Shown here piece by piece: positions 7,973 to 16,529 of a DNA stretch of 16,875 nucleotides. Position 1 is the stretch's first letter; every line of letters begins with the position of its first letter. The notes beneath the pieces were generated by a model, which saw only the letters and a list, made by a program, of their open reading frames with translations, did no database searches and was not told the origin of the DNA. A program made the position numbers and the translations under genes. The stretch is from Armatimonadota bacterium (GTDB lineage: Bacteria; Armatimonadota; Armatimonadia; Armatimonadales; Armatimonadaceae), in contig JAYUUO010000043.1 in the NCBI GenBank assembly GCA_043754515.1, positions 1 to 16,875 on the forward strand, given 5' to 3'.

Positions 7973-8648
7973 CGATGGCCGCCCACCAGCATTCCAGCAA
8001 CCGGCGTTGGTGCGTGCTGATCTGTACGCCGGGGCGTGCCTGCTTCGCTATCCGCTCCGCGTCCGATACCGTTGTCGCCAGGCTGCGCGCGAGCAATAGT
8101 GCGATCACCACCATCGCCGAGCGGCCGTGCCCTTTCGCGCAGTGGATATAGATCGGCTCCGGCGAGCGGGCCACCACCAATAGTAGTGCCTGAAACGAAG
8201 GCAACGATGGCGAGGAGGCGTCCAGGGTCGGGAGGCAGTGGTACTCCCGCCCGGCACGCACCGCGCCCGGTTCGGGAAACTCCGAGGTCAAATCCACGAC
8301 GGTTCAGATGTTCGGAGGTAACTCCGCCGCGCCGCAACGTCTGCCCAGCCACATGCCGCCTACGATCTCGTTGTGCGTAGGCTCGTCCGACCGCACGTTC
8401 TGGAGGTGCCACAGAAGCCAGGTCACAACCAGATAGGGTAGCAGTAGCGCGACACTGACCCCGCTCATCGCGCCGCCCGCCGCCTTGCCGAAGATCCACG
8501 CCGCGTTCGCGGAGTACGCGACGCCGACCGCGACCCAACTCAGACCAGACCAGATTAGCAGACCCGCGAGCGGGGCGAAGAGGGGGCTGAGCAACCCGAG
8601 CGCGATCTGTGTCAACCCGATCAGGGTTAGGTAAGCGGCGAACTTCAT
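7962..8648 (-). pseudogene. Membrane-anchored dual-specificity phosphatase (YnbD C-terminal-like) interrupted by an in-frame TGA at 8304-8306
   Basis: ORFs 8304..8648 (hydrophobic helices, then WLGRR) and 7962..8297 share a frame: ...ELPPNI*TVVDLTSEFPE...LPTLD...HCAKGHGRS (CX5R P-loop). Confidence 0.85.
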
Positions 8649-8666
8649 TGTTTCATCCCTCGCGCG

Positions 8667-10490
8667 TCACTCTTCGATGGCCGCTTTGCGCGACTGGATC
8701 GCCTTCAGACGCGGCGTGTCGAACTTCGGCTCGCGCTTGAACGTGTACAGGCCGTTCTCCTCGGGGTACACGTCTGTCAACTGCGTGTAACAGTAGCCGA
8801 ACATGTTCGGATCGTCGAGCAATGAGTTAATCAGCCCCTCGAATCGAGCGTAGTACGCCGCGATACTGCGCACCCGCTCGCCGTAGCCCCAGGACTCTTT
8901 ACTCGCGAACGCGGCCGGATTCCACCAGATGCCGCCGAACTCGGAAACGAAGTATGGCTGGTCATTATAAGGAATATTAATCGCCGGGCTGTTAGTGGAC
9001 GAAGTCATCGTCCCTTTGTTAATGAACGGCTCTCCTTCGGCTAGTCCAGCATGTTTCGCCTTGAACTTCGCCGGGTTCTGCTCGTAGTCGTGGCTGTCGT
9101 AGATGTCGGCCTCCTGGACGCGGTGCGCGTAGCCGGACGCGTCTAGCACCGGGCGCGACGTGTCCATGGCTTTGCACGCCAGGAACATGCCGCGCGTTAC
9201 GTCGTCGAGCACCCGGATCGTGTCCGAGTTGTCCTGCCACGTCTCGTTGAGCGGGCACCAGCCGACGATGCACGGGTGCGAGTAGTCGCGCTCCAGTGCC
9301 TCTAGAAACTGTGTGATGTATGTTGCGCCGGGCTGCTGATGGTCGTTGTTCGGCCCGTATCCGCTACAGCCCCAGTCGGCAAACTCGCCCCAGCACAGGT
9401 AGCCCATCCGGTCGGCGTGGTACAGGAACCGCTCCTCGAACACCTTCTGGTGTAGTCGCGCCCCGTTGAACCCGGCGTCGAGCGACCGCTGAATATCGGC
9501 GATCAACTCGTCGTCCGAGGGCGCGGTCATCACCGACTGCGGCCAGTATCCCTGATCCAGCACGAGCCGCTGGAACACCGACTCGCCGTTAATACATACC
9601 TTTTTTCCGACGATGGAGAGGGAGCGCAATCCGGCGTACGACTCGGCGCGGTCGAGTCGCGTTCCGTCCGCGTTCAGCAGTTCGATGGCGACGCCGTACA
9701 GGTGCGGGTCCGTCGTGTTCCAGAGTCGGCGACGATCCGCGGGTATGGGCAGATCGAGGCGCGGCGCGAAGTCGAGGTCGGCGCGCGTCTCCGCTGTGGC
9801 GATGATGCCGTCCGCGTCGGTCAGCGTGGCGCGGAGCCGGAGGCCGGGCAGGTTGCGCGTGAGAGGCTGTTCGAGCCGGATCAGTGAATTTGCGACATCG
9901 GGCGTCAGGCGCGGGCGCTTCAGCGACACGGGTGTCGGGACCGGCTCCATCCACACGGTTTGCCAGATGCCGGTGGTACGCGTGTAGAAGCAGGAGTGGG
10001 GCGCGTAGCGGTTGGATTGCTTGCCCATCGGCTTCGGCTCGTTCATCCGGTCACGGGCGCGGACCACGATCACCGCGGTCTCTCCCGCCTTCACAACGTG
10101 GGCCAGATCGGCGGTGAAGGGTGTAAAGCCGCCCCGGTGCCGCGCGACTTCAGTGTTGTTCACCCAGACCGTGGCGTCGTAGTCAACGGCACCGAAGTGG
10201 AGTAGCACCCCAAGTCCGCCCCATTCCGGGGGTATGGTGACGGTTTTGCGGTACCAGACGGCACTCATGAAGTCAACATGATGCACGCCGGACATTTCGG
10301 ATTCGGGGCAGAAGGGGACGAGGATAGTACCAGTCAGGGCGCGGTCCTTCAGCCCGCGAGCGACGCCGGTGTCGCCGTAATCCGCCTCGAACTCCCAGGC
10401 ACCATTGAGACAGAGCCATTTCGGGCGGTTGTTATCATCTAATCGAACGAACTGCGGTCGGGGGTACTCCGGTCGGGGAAGATCGGTCAT
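8667..10490 (-). CDS. Glycoside hydrolase family 2 (beta-galactosidase/glucuronidase-like)
   Basis: PRPEYPRPQF start, LNGAWEF, LHFGAVDY, GIWQTVW, LDQGYWP, acid/base WCPLNE, nucleophile SEFGG, GYCYTQLTDV. Likely start is ATG 10490 with AAGGAG upstream; no signal peptide. Confidence 0.93.
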   Translation of the reverse strand: MTDLPRPEYPRPQFVRLDDNNRPKWLCLNGAWEFEADYGDTGVARGLKDRALTGTILVPFCPESEMSGVHHVDFMSAVWYRKTVTIPPEWGGLGVLLHFGAVDYDATVWVNNTEVARHRGGFTPFTADLAHVVKAGETAVIVVRARDRMNEPKPMGKQSNRYAPHSCFYTRTTGIWQTVWMEPVPTPVSLKRPRLTPDVANSLIRLEQPLTRNLPGLRLRATLTDADGIIATAETRADLDFAPRLDLPIPADRRRLWNTTDPHLYGVAIELLNADGTRLDRAESYAGLRSLSIVGKKVCINGESVFQRLVLDQGYWPQSVMTAPSDDELIADIQRSLDAGFNGARLHQKVFEERFLYHADRMGYLCWGEFADWGCSGYGPNNDHQQPGATYITQFLEALERDYSHPCIVGWCPLNETWQDNSDTIRVLDDVTRGMFLACKAMDTSRPVLDASGYAHRVQEADIYDSHDYEQNPAKFKAKHAGLAEGEPFINKGTMTSSTNSPAINIPYNDQPYFVSEFGGIWWNPAAFASKESWGYGERVRSIAAYYARFEGLINSLLDDPNMFGYCYTQLTDVYPEENGLYTFKREPKFDTPRLKAIQSRKAAIEE

Positions 10491-10705
10491 GTAAAAAGGT
10501 ACGCTCCTTGAGTTAGCAGGGCTATCGTAACACGGGTAAAAAGCACGTGCCACATCGGGTGCTTTTTGTCATAGTCTCGTCAAAAAAACTGTCTCGTTTG
10601 CGTATCGAACGTGCACACCCCTTGAAAACACGATAATATGACCCTCGTAAACATCACACGGGAGCGTGTAAACCTTCCCAAGCGATGAGTGTGTGATGCA
10701 CACAA

Positions 10706-10779
10706 CGGGGCGTGGCTCAGCTTGGTAGAGCGCTGCGTTCGGGTCGCAGAGGTCGTGGGTTCGAATCCCGCCGCCCCGA
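10706..10779 (+). tRNA. tRNA-Pro (anticodon CGG), CCA not encoded
   Basis: Acceptor CGGGGCG/CGCCCCG, D-arm GCTCAGCTTGGTAGAGC, anticodon stem CTGCG/CGCAG with loop TT-CGG-GT, T-arm GTGGG-TTCGAAT-CCCGC. Confidence 0.98.
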
Positions 10780-10783
10780 TTGG

Positions 10784-10829
10784 AAAAGCCCCTGATCGCG
10801 ATGACATCCATCGTGACCGGGGGCTTTTT
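10784..10829 (+). terminator. Intrinsic terminator after tRNA-Pro
   Basis: Long imperfect stem AAAAGCCCC...TCGCGATG/CATCGTGA...GGGGCTTTTT ending in a T-run. Confidence 0.8.
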
Positions 10830-10918
10830 ATATGCCGTAACCCGCTTCACGTTGCGTCAGTTCGCGGCACGCTAGAAGATTGATCCAGCGCACGCCGCGC
10901 TGGTACCACGGAACCGCC

Positions 10919-11467
10919 ATGAACACGATAGTTGACTTCGACAAACCACGCAACGTGATTGACCAGTACAAATGGCTGACCGACGAGGCCATCCTCAAAG
11001 ACCTGGAGACGAAGCGGCACAAGTTCTCGATCCTGCTCTGCAACCTCAAGCACGACGTCAACGTCGGGAACGCGGTTCGTACGCACGCCGGGTTTTTGGG
11101 TCAGGACATTATTCTGTATGGCCACCGCCGGTTCAACCGCGTACCGAGCGTGGGCACGTACGCGTACTCGATCATCAAGCATTTGAAGTTCGTCGAGGAG
11201 ATCGAAACGGTCCTCGGCGAGTATGACGAAGTGATCGGTTGCGATCTGATCCCCGGCAAGTCGGTCAGCGTTTGGGACAGCACGTTCGACTACGACAAGA
11301 CGACGCTGCTTTGCTTTGGGCATGAGGAGGACGGTTTGCCCGAAGCACTCGTCGCGCGTTGTCATCGGCTGATGCACATCCCCATGTTCGGCGTCACGAA
11401 GTCGTTCAACGTCGCGGTGAGCGCGGCGATCATGATGAACGAGTACGTGCGCGGGACTGAACGATAA
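10919..11467 (+). CDS. TrmH/SpoU-family (SPOUT) RNA 2'-O-methyltransferase
   Basis: NVGNAVRT, FGHEEDGL and IPMFGVTKSFNVAVSAAI motifs. ATG 10919 preferred over TTG 10880. Confidence 0.92.
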   Translation: MNTIVDFDKPRNVIDQYKWLTDEAILKDLETKRHKFSILLCNLKHDVNVGNAVRTHAGFLGQDIILYGHRRFNRVPSVGTYAYSIIKHLKFVEEIETVLGEYDEVIGCDLIPGKSVSVWDSTFDYDKTTLLCFGHEEDGLPEALVARCHRLMHIPMFGVTKSFNVAVSAAIMMNEYVRGTER

Positions 11468-11531
11468 GCGTTTCTGGTAGGTCGCGCCTGTCGGGCCGAC
11501 TCGATTCTTCCATCGTGGTACCATCAGGACA

Positions 11532-12842
11532 GTGACTGACTCTCCCACCCTTCATGAGGTGACCGCCTACTTCGGCAGTCTGCGCGAGTTCGCGCCGAAA
11601 ACCGACCGCGAACGGTTCCGCGCCTTGCTGTCGCTCCTCGGCGACCCGCACCAGGGTCTAAAATATCTGCACGTCGCCGGCACGAATGGTAAAGGCTCTA
11701 CCGTGACGTTCCTCGCCTCCGTGCTTCGCGAAGCGGGGTACCGGGTAGGGGCGTACCTGTCGCCATTCGTGTGGGACGTGCGCGAGCGGTGGCAGATCAA
11801 CGGCGAGCTTATCCCCGAAGCCGAACTGATCGCGCAGGTAGACGCGATCCGTCCCCATGTCGAAACGCTCACCGGAACGGAACACGGACAGATCACCGAG
11901 TTCGAGATGAAAACCGCCGTCGCCTTTCGCTGGTTCGCGCAAAAGAAGGTGGACTTCGCCGTAATCGAGGTAGGGATCGGGGGGCGGCTAGACTCCACGA
12001 ATGTCATCGCGCCGCCGCTCGTGTCGGTAATCACCACCATCGGCTGGGACCACCAACTCCTGCTCGGCGACACGCTCGGGAAGATAGCGGGCGAGAAAGC
12101 GGGGATCATCAAGCGCGGCTCGCTGGCGTGCGTGACCGCCGTCGAGAACGACGAGCCGCTCGGGGTGATACGGGAAGTAGCGAATCATGAGGGCGTGCCG
12201 CTGATCCGGGTCGGCGACGCCGAGGCGGACGCGATGCGCCCGTTTGAGCTAACACTCCACGGCGCGTTCCAACTCCGCAACGCCGCGTGCGCCGCCGCCG
12301 CGCTCCGGGTGCTTCAGGAGAACGGTGCCGCGACGGTTCCCGCCGCCGCGCTCCGGGACGGCTTGCGGAAAGCGACACTTCCGGGGCGGTTCGATCTGAT
12401 CCGTCGGCACGTAGAAGGGACGGAAAACCGGTCGGTCCCGGTGGTGCTGGATGTCGCGCACAACGTGGATGCGGCGAAGGTGCTAGCGGACGCGCTACGC
12501 AAGGAGTTCGGGGCGGGGCGGAGGGCGACGCTAGTTGTCGGGATGAGTAAGTCGCACGAGCCGCTTCCTTTTCTTGCCGAACTCGCCCCGCTGGCACGCC
12601 GCGTGGTTGCGGTCGCGCCCCGGTTCCGCCCGAAGCCGACGTCGGAGGTCGCGGACGCCGCGCGGTCACTTGGTTTGCCGGTTACCGTGGCGAAGTCGGT
12701 GAGCGAGGGGCTGAAGGCGGGTGCACGCGACGCGCTCCATGATAGCAGTAGTGGCGACGGGGCGGGCGCGGTGGCGGACGATGGCGGCTACGTCGTGGTC
12801 ACCGGTTCGTTCTACACAGTCGGCGAACTCCGGCTGGACTAA
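11532..12842 (+). CDS. folC: Folylpolyglutamate synthase/dihydrofolate synthase
   Basis: HVAGTNGKGS, EVGIGGRLDSTNV, DH...EKAGIIK, PGRF, LDVAHN, GSFYTVG. Confidence 0.95.
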   Translation: MTDSPTLHEVTAYFGSLREFAPKTDRERFRALLSLLGDPHQGLKYLHVAGTNGKGSTVTFLASVLREAGYRVGAYLSPFVWDVRERWQINGELIPEAELIAQVDAIRPHVETLTGTEHGQITEFEMKTAVAFRWFAQKKVDFAVIEVGIGGRLDSTNVIAPPLVSVITTIGWDHQLLLGDTLGKIAGEKAGIIKRGSLACVTAVENDEPLGVIREVANHEGVPLIRVGDAEADAMRPFELTLHGAFQLRNAACAAAALRVLQENGAATVPAAALRDGLRKATLPGRFDLIRRHVEGTENRSVPVVLDVAHNVDAAKVLADALRKEFGAGRRATLVVGMSKSHEPLPFLAELAPLARRVVAVAPRFRPKPTSEVADAARSLGLPVTVAKSVSEGLKAGARDALHDSSSGDGAGAVADDGGYVVVTGSFYTVGELRLD

Positions 12843-12884
12843 TACTTTTTATTGTAAGTGATTTGCAATAAAGAATCCGGGCAG

Positions 12885-12916
12885 AAAAAAGCGGCGGGCA
12901 CACAAGGTTCCGCCGC
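12885..12916 (-). terminator. Intrinsic terminator (minus strand)
   Basis: GCGGCGG-AACCTTGTGTGC-CCGCCGC followed by T6. Confidence 0.85.
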
Positions 12917-12956
12917 TCCCACTAAAGCACGTGGAGAGAAAAGGAGATCACGTGTG
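12885..12956 (-). ncRNA. Candidate small regulatory RNA of about 70 nt with an anti-SD loop and intrinsic terminator
   Basis: Minus strand: CACGTG-ATCTCCTTTTCTCTC-CACGTG hairpin, then GCGGCGG...CCGCCGC-TTTTTT terminator, directly downstream of GGAAC-N17-CGTT. The 5' end is estimated. Confidence 0.65.
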
Positions 12957-12960
12957 TATT

Positions 12961-12986
12961 AACGACTGAGCGGCGTAAAAAGTTCC
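12961..12986 (-). promoter_or_regulatory. ECF-sigma-type promoter GGAAC-N17-CGTT
   Basis: GGAAC (12986-12982), 17 nt, CGTT (12964-12961); fits the EcfG/SigH/SigR-type ECF consensus. Confidence 0.65.
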
Positions 12987-13005
12987 CGCTCGCAGTGAAC
13001 TTTTT
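12977..13005. terminator. Inverted repeat AAAAAGTTC...GAACTTTTT at the methyltransferase stop
   Basis: 9-bp arms around an 11-nt centre. It ends in a T-run on either strand and overlaps the ECF -35 element. Confidence 0.5.
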
Positions 13006-13715
13006 CACAATTCTTTGCGTATCGCGCGGAAAATAGCAATTTCATGCGACTTGCCATCTGGACAAATCACGCGGTGTCCGGTCATGTCTACCGGCAGTAG
13101 CCACGTGTCAATCGCCTCCATCTCCATCCGCCCGATAAATGCCAGGGCTTGCGGACGCATTGGGTCGGAGATCAGTAACCGTCCGCCCGGCGCGACTAGC
13201 TGGGGCAATAGTTCCATCAGCGCGTCGTGCAAAGGGCGGGCGTACAACACATCCGAGCCGATCACGACATCGAATGGTTGCCCCAAATCGGGGAACGCCC
13301 TCCAGTCGCCAGCTGTCTGCCGTACATGGCCGGCACAGCCGTTCTGCGTCGCGTTACGCGCGAGTAGCGCGAGCGACTCGGCATGGTAGTCCGTCTGCAA
13401 CACGCTCGCGGCACCTGCCTCGCGCGCGGCGAAGCCGGGCAATCCGACACCGCCCGCGCCGATCTCCAGCACCCGTTTCCCCGCCACCAGGCCCGGCTCA
13501 CGCGCGATCTGTTCGGCGAGCGCGATGGCAGACGGCCAGAGAAGAAGGCCGAACGGGAATTCGTCCACCCCCGCTTCGTCCGTGACCCCCGCGAGGAGCG
13601 CATCCTGGTCGCGAACACATGTTAAGTGAAACTCGTGGTCGCCGAAACGCCGGGAGACGCACGTCAGCGGGTATCGCCGCGCGAGTTCGGCAAGAAAACG
13701 GTCCGGCTCATCCAT
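13005..13715 (-). CDS. Class I SAM-dependent methyltransferase (Methyltransf_16 / protein-lysine methyltransferase-like)
   Basis: PFGLLLWPSAIALA, VLEIGAG, TDY, FDVVIGSDVLY, LISDP.R. ATG 13715 preferred over TTG 13733. Confidence 0.88.
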   Translation of the reverse strand: MDEPDRFLAELARRYPLTCVSRRFGDHEFHLTCVRDQDALLAGVTDEAGVDEFPFGLLLWPSAIALAEQIAREPGLVAGKRVLEIGAGGVGLPGFAAREAGAASVLQTDYHAESLALLARNATQNGCAGHVRQTAGDWRAFPDLGQPFDVVIGSDVLYARPLHDALMELLPQLVAPGGRLLISDPMRPQALAFIGRMEMEAIDTWLLPVDMTGHRVICPDGKSHEIAIFRAIRKEL

Positions 13716-13720
13716 CCGTC

Positions 13721-13750
13721 CAGTGTCCCACAATTTCAGTGTCCCACAAT
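13721..13750. repeat. Direct repeat CAGTGTCCCACAAT x2 (16-bp period)
   Basis: Exact 14-mers at 13721-13734 and 13737-13750, between divergent genes. Confidence 0.9.
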
Positions 13751-13799
13751 CGGTGAAGTAGGAAGGAATCGCGCCTTGTGAAAGACAAACCTACACGTG

Positions 13800-14582
13800 A
13801 TGAAACTTTTATTCGTTGCTTTTGCCACTCTTCAATGCCTCCTCATTCCGCTCACGGTTCGCGCCGCGCCTCCGGTGCCTTCCGCGATTGTAGTACCGAA
13901 GCGGCAGGCGCGCTACGTAACTTTCCGCAAGAAACGCGCCAAACGGTACGACATCTCGATCACGTACCCCGTCTTCTCCGCCCGGTCGCCGGTGAGCCGA
14001 CTCGCGAATCGCTCGCTACGGGAGTATGCCGAGCACGAAGCGGCCAAGTTCATCCGACTATCGCTGGAGGACAGCGACGCGGGAGGGCAGGGGACGCGTG
14101 GCCCCGGAGGAGCGTATGAACTCGAGATACACCCTGCGATCACCCTCGCCCGCCCGGACATGATTAGTATCTACTTCAGCCGATATTCGTTCAGCGGCGG
14201 GGTGCACCCCAATACGGACTTCCCTGCGTTCACCTTCGGGATGATAGATGGCGCGGCGAAGCTTCTTGCGCTATCGGACCTGTTCACGCGCGGCACTGAC
14301 CCGTACGCCGTTCTGACACCGGTGACGCTCCCGAAACTCAAAGCACTCAACGCGTCCTCGGTGGTCGGCGAAGACTCTATCAAGAAACTGGACAGAGACC
14401 ATCTACGAAACTGGTGCGTGACTCCCGCCGGGATAACGCTCCTGTTCGCGCCCTACGACGTCGCCTCCTATGCCGAAGGGGCGTTTCCGACGAAGATCCC
14501 GTTCGCCGAACTGAGGGGATCGCTCGACGCGGCGGGGCCGCTTCGGGCGATCCTACCGGCAGACAAAGCGCGGAAGCCGTAA
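13800..14582 (+). CDS. Secreted DUF3298/DUF4163 (RsiV/PdaC-like) protein
   Basis: Signal peptide MKLLFVAFATLQCLLIPLTVRA, then ISITYP, YSFSGGVHPN, LSDLF, LLFAPYDVASYAEG. Confidence 0.85.
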   Translation: MKLLFVAFATLQCLLIPLTVRAAPPVPSAIVVPKRQARYVTFRKKRAKRYDISITYPVFSARSPVSRLANRSLREYAEHEAAKFIRLSLEDSDAGGQGTRGPGGAYELEIHPAITLARPDMISIYFSRYSFSGGVHPNTDFPAFTFGMIDGAAKLLALSDLFTRGTDPYAVLTPVTLPKLKALNASSVVGEDSIKKLDRDHLRNWCVTPAGITLLFAPYDVASYAEGAFPTKIPFAELRGSLDAAGPLRAILPADKARKP

Positions 14583-14731
14583 CGCGGAGGGCTAGCGCGA
14601 GCCAGTATCCACACCGCGCCCTCCCCGCAGACACACTTTCCCCCGTGGTTCTCGCAAAAATCGGGGAGCGACGCAGGAAGCACGGTGCCCGACGCGGAAA
14701 CGAGCAGAAACCGTAAAGGGAGTTATAGATT

Positions 14732-15844
14732 ATGTCGTATGAGGGGCGTGCCGTGATCCTGTCCGAGGCGGGCAAGGATTCGGAGATCATGGATATTGTC
14801 GTGGACGAGCCAGGACCGGGCGAAGTACTGGTCAAACTGCATTCGTCGGGTGTGTGTCACACCGATCTGACGGTGAAGAATCTGAACGGGAACGGGATGG
14901 CGTTCCCGATTGTTCTCGGGCACGAAGGCGCGGGCCACATTGTGGCGGTGGGCGAGGGCGTCACGCACCTGTCGGTCGGCGATCCGGTCGTGATCGCGTA
15001 CCGCGCCCCATGCGGCGTCTGCCCCTCCTGTATGCGCGGCGACCTCCGGCACTGCTACGCCGCGCTCCGCCCGAAACAGCGCATCCACCGTAAGTCGGAC
15101 GGCGCGCTGTGTTCGCAGGTACTCCGTTGCGGGACGTTCTCTACGCACACCGTTGTCCACAGTAAAGCCGCGATCAAGATGCCGAAAGAAATGCCGCTTG
15201 AAAAGGCGTGCCTGATCGCGTGCGGCGTGATAACCGGCGTCGGCGCGGCACTGAACACGTCCCCCGTATTCCCCGGTGCGCGGGTCGCGGTGATCGGTTG
15301 CGGCGGCGTGGGCCTGTCCGTCATCCAGGGCGCGAAGATCGCGCACGCGAGGCAGATCATCGCCGTGGACGTCAATCCGGCGAAACTGCAATGGGCGAAA
15401 GACTTCGGCGCGACACACGTGGTCAACGCCCGTGAGACGGACCCAGTGAAAGCAGTGCGCGAACTGACCGAGGACGGCTGGGACGGCGGCGTCGAGTTCG
15501 CGTTCGAGGCGACTGGCATCCCGATGTGTACAGAGCAGGCGGTCAAGATGCTCGCGTACGGCGGGACTGCGACCACGATCGGTTTCCCGGCGGCAACGGA
15601 CGCGGTGAATCTGAACCTGGGCGACATGGCGACCGGCGTCTACTGGAACAAAGCCGCGCTCCGCGTCTGCCACTGCGGCGACACCCTGCCCTCGCAGGAC
15701 TTCCCGCTACTCGCCGACCTGTATCTGAGGGGGGAGCTAGATCTCGACCGGATGGTGACGAAGGAGATCGGCCTGGAGGACGTGGAGGCGGCGTTCCACG
15801 AGATGGAGACGGGCAACGTCATCCGCTCCGTGATTCGGTTCTAA
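14732..15844 (+). CDS. Zn-dependent alcohol dehydrogenase, resembling S-(hydroxymethyl)mycothiol/formaldehyde dehydrogenase
   Basis: GVCHTD, LGHEGAG, structural Zn CGVCPSC-x7-C, GCGGVG, GDTLPSQDFP. GGGAG RBS. Confidence 0.93.
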   Translation: MSYEGRAVILSEAGKDSEIMDIVVDEPGPGEVLVKLHSSGVCHTDLTVKNLNGNGMAFPIVLGHEGAGHIVAVGEGVTHLSVGDPVVIAYRAPCGVCPSCMRGDLRHCYAALRPKQRIHRKSDGALCSQVLRCGTFSTHTVVHSKAAIKMPKEMPLEKACLIACGVITGVGAALNTSPVFPGARVAVIGCGGVGLSVIQGAKIAHARQIIAVDVNPAKLQWAKDFGATHVVNARETDPVKAVRELTEDGWDGGVEFAFEATGIPMCTEQAVKMLAYGGTATTIGFPAATDAVNLNLGDMATGVYWNKAALRVCHCGDTLPSQDFPLLADLYLRGELDLDRMVTKEIGLEDVEAAFHEMETGNVIRSVIRF

Positions 15845-16163
15845 ACCGCGCGGCATGGGCAGCCGGGGGATCACCTTAAAGTGCGCGTCGGGCGCGAACT
15901 AGGGTGGGGCGTCCCCCTTCATCTGTCGGAGGTGTCGGTGTCGTGGCCGAAGTCGCGGGACGTCGGCACGTTTCGGGCGACGCACTAATCACACTTCCTG
16001 GGCGCGGGCGGGGCGAGAACGGATGCGTTCCGGGATTGGGATGCGTGATCTTCGCGCCCAGCTTGGACGGTGACGGCCCACTTCGGAGCGATAGATTGAC
16101 CGAAACGGAACCGCACGGCGAAGCCACTACCTGCATAACTACTTACGGCAAAGTCAGAAGAAA

Positions 16164-16529
16164 GTGGAAAAGAGACTTCAACCGTTTATACTCCGCAGTT
16201 GCGGGCTTGAACTCAGACATTCCGTCATGTACTGCGTGAACATTTCAGACGTCAGAAACCTTTACCAGCTCAGTGAAGCGTTCGTCTCATGTGGCATCCT
16301 CAAACAGCCGGAGAGTCATCAGGGCATTCTCTTTGACCACTTGTACGACCGCATTATCGCCGATAGCGTTACCCGCTCGGTCGGGTTAATTCTGGTTTGT
16401 AATAAATTCACCAATCGAGTATTCGTTGATGATTTCGTGAGGATGCTTTCATTCATGGCTGACAGTATTGAAGGTGAAGCACCATCTAGCTCTGATAACC
16501 GCGTTGAGTTGTTAATAGTTGAAATATGA
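16164..16529 (+). CDS. Low-GC hypothetical protein, weakly barstar-like
   Basis: 121-aa ORF in an AT-richer patch. VNISDV...LKQPESHQGILFDHLYDRI loosely parallels the barstar pattern ID...L.FP..YG.N.DAL.D.L. Start uncertain. Confidence 0.45.
   Translation: MEKRLQPFILRSCGLELRHSVMYCVNISDVRNLYQLSEAFVSCGILKQPESHQGILFDHLYDRIIADSVTRSVGLILVCNKFTNRVFVDDFVRMLSFMADSIEGEAPSSSDNRVELLIVEI

Noticed and set aside
8304..8306. Selenocysteine recoding of the phosphatase TGA
   Set aside because: The position is not the catalytic Cys and no convincing SECIS hairpin follows.
10706..10829. tRNA-Pro as an island integration site
   Set aside because: No duplicated tRNA 3' end or integrase seen; the flanks are housekeeping-type genes.
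15876..16239. ORFs 15876..16136 (-) and 15904..16239 (+)
   Set aside because: Low-complexity translations with no clear RBS or recognisable motif.
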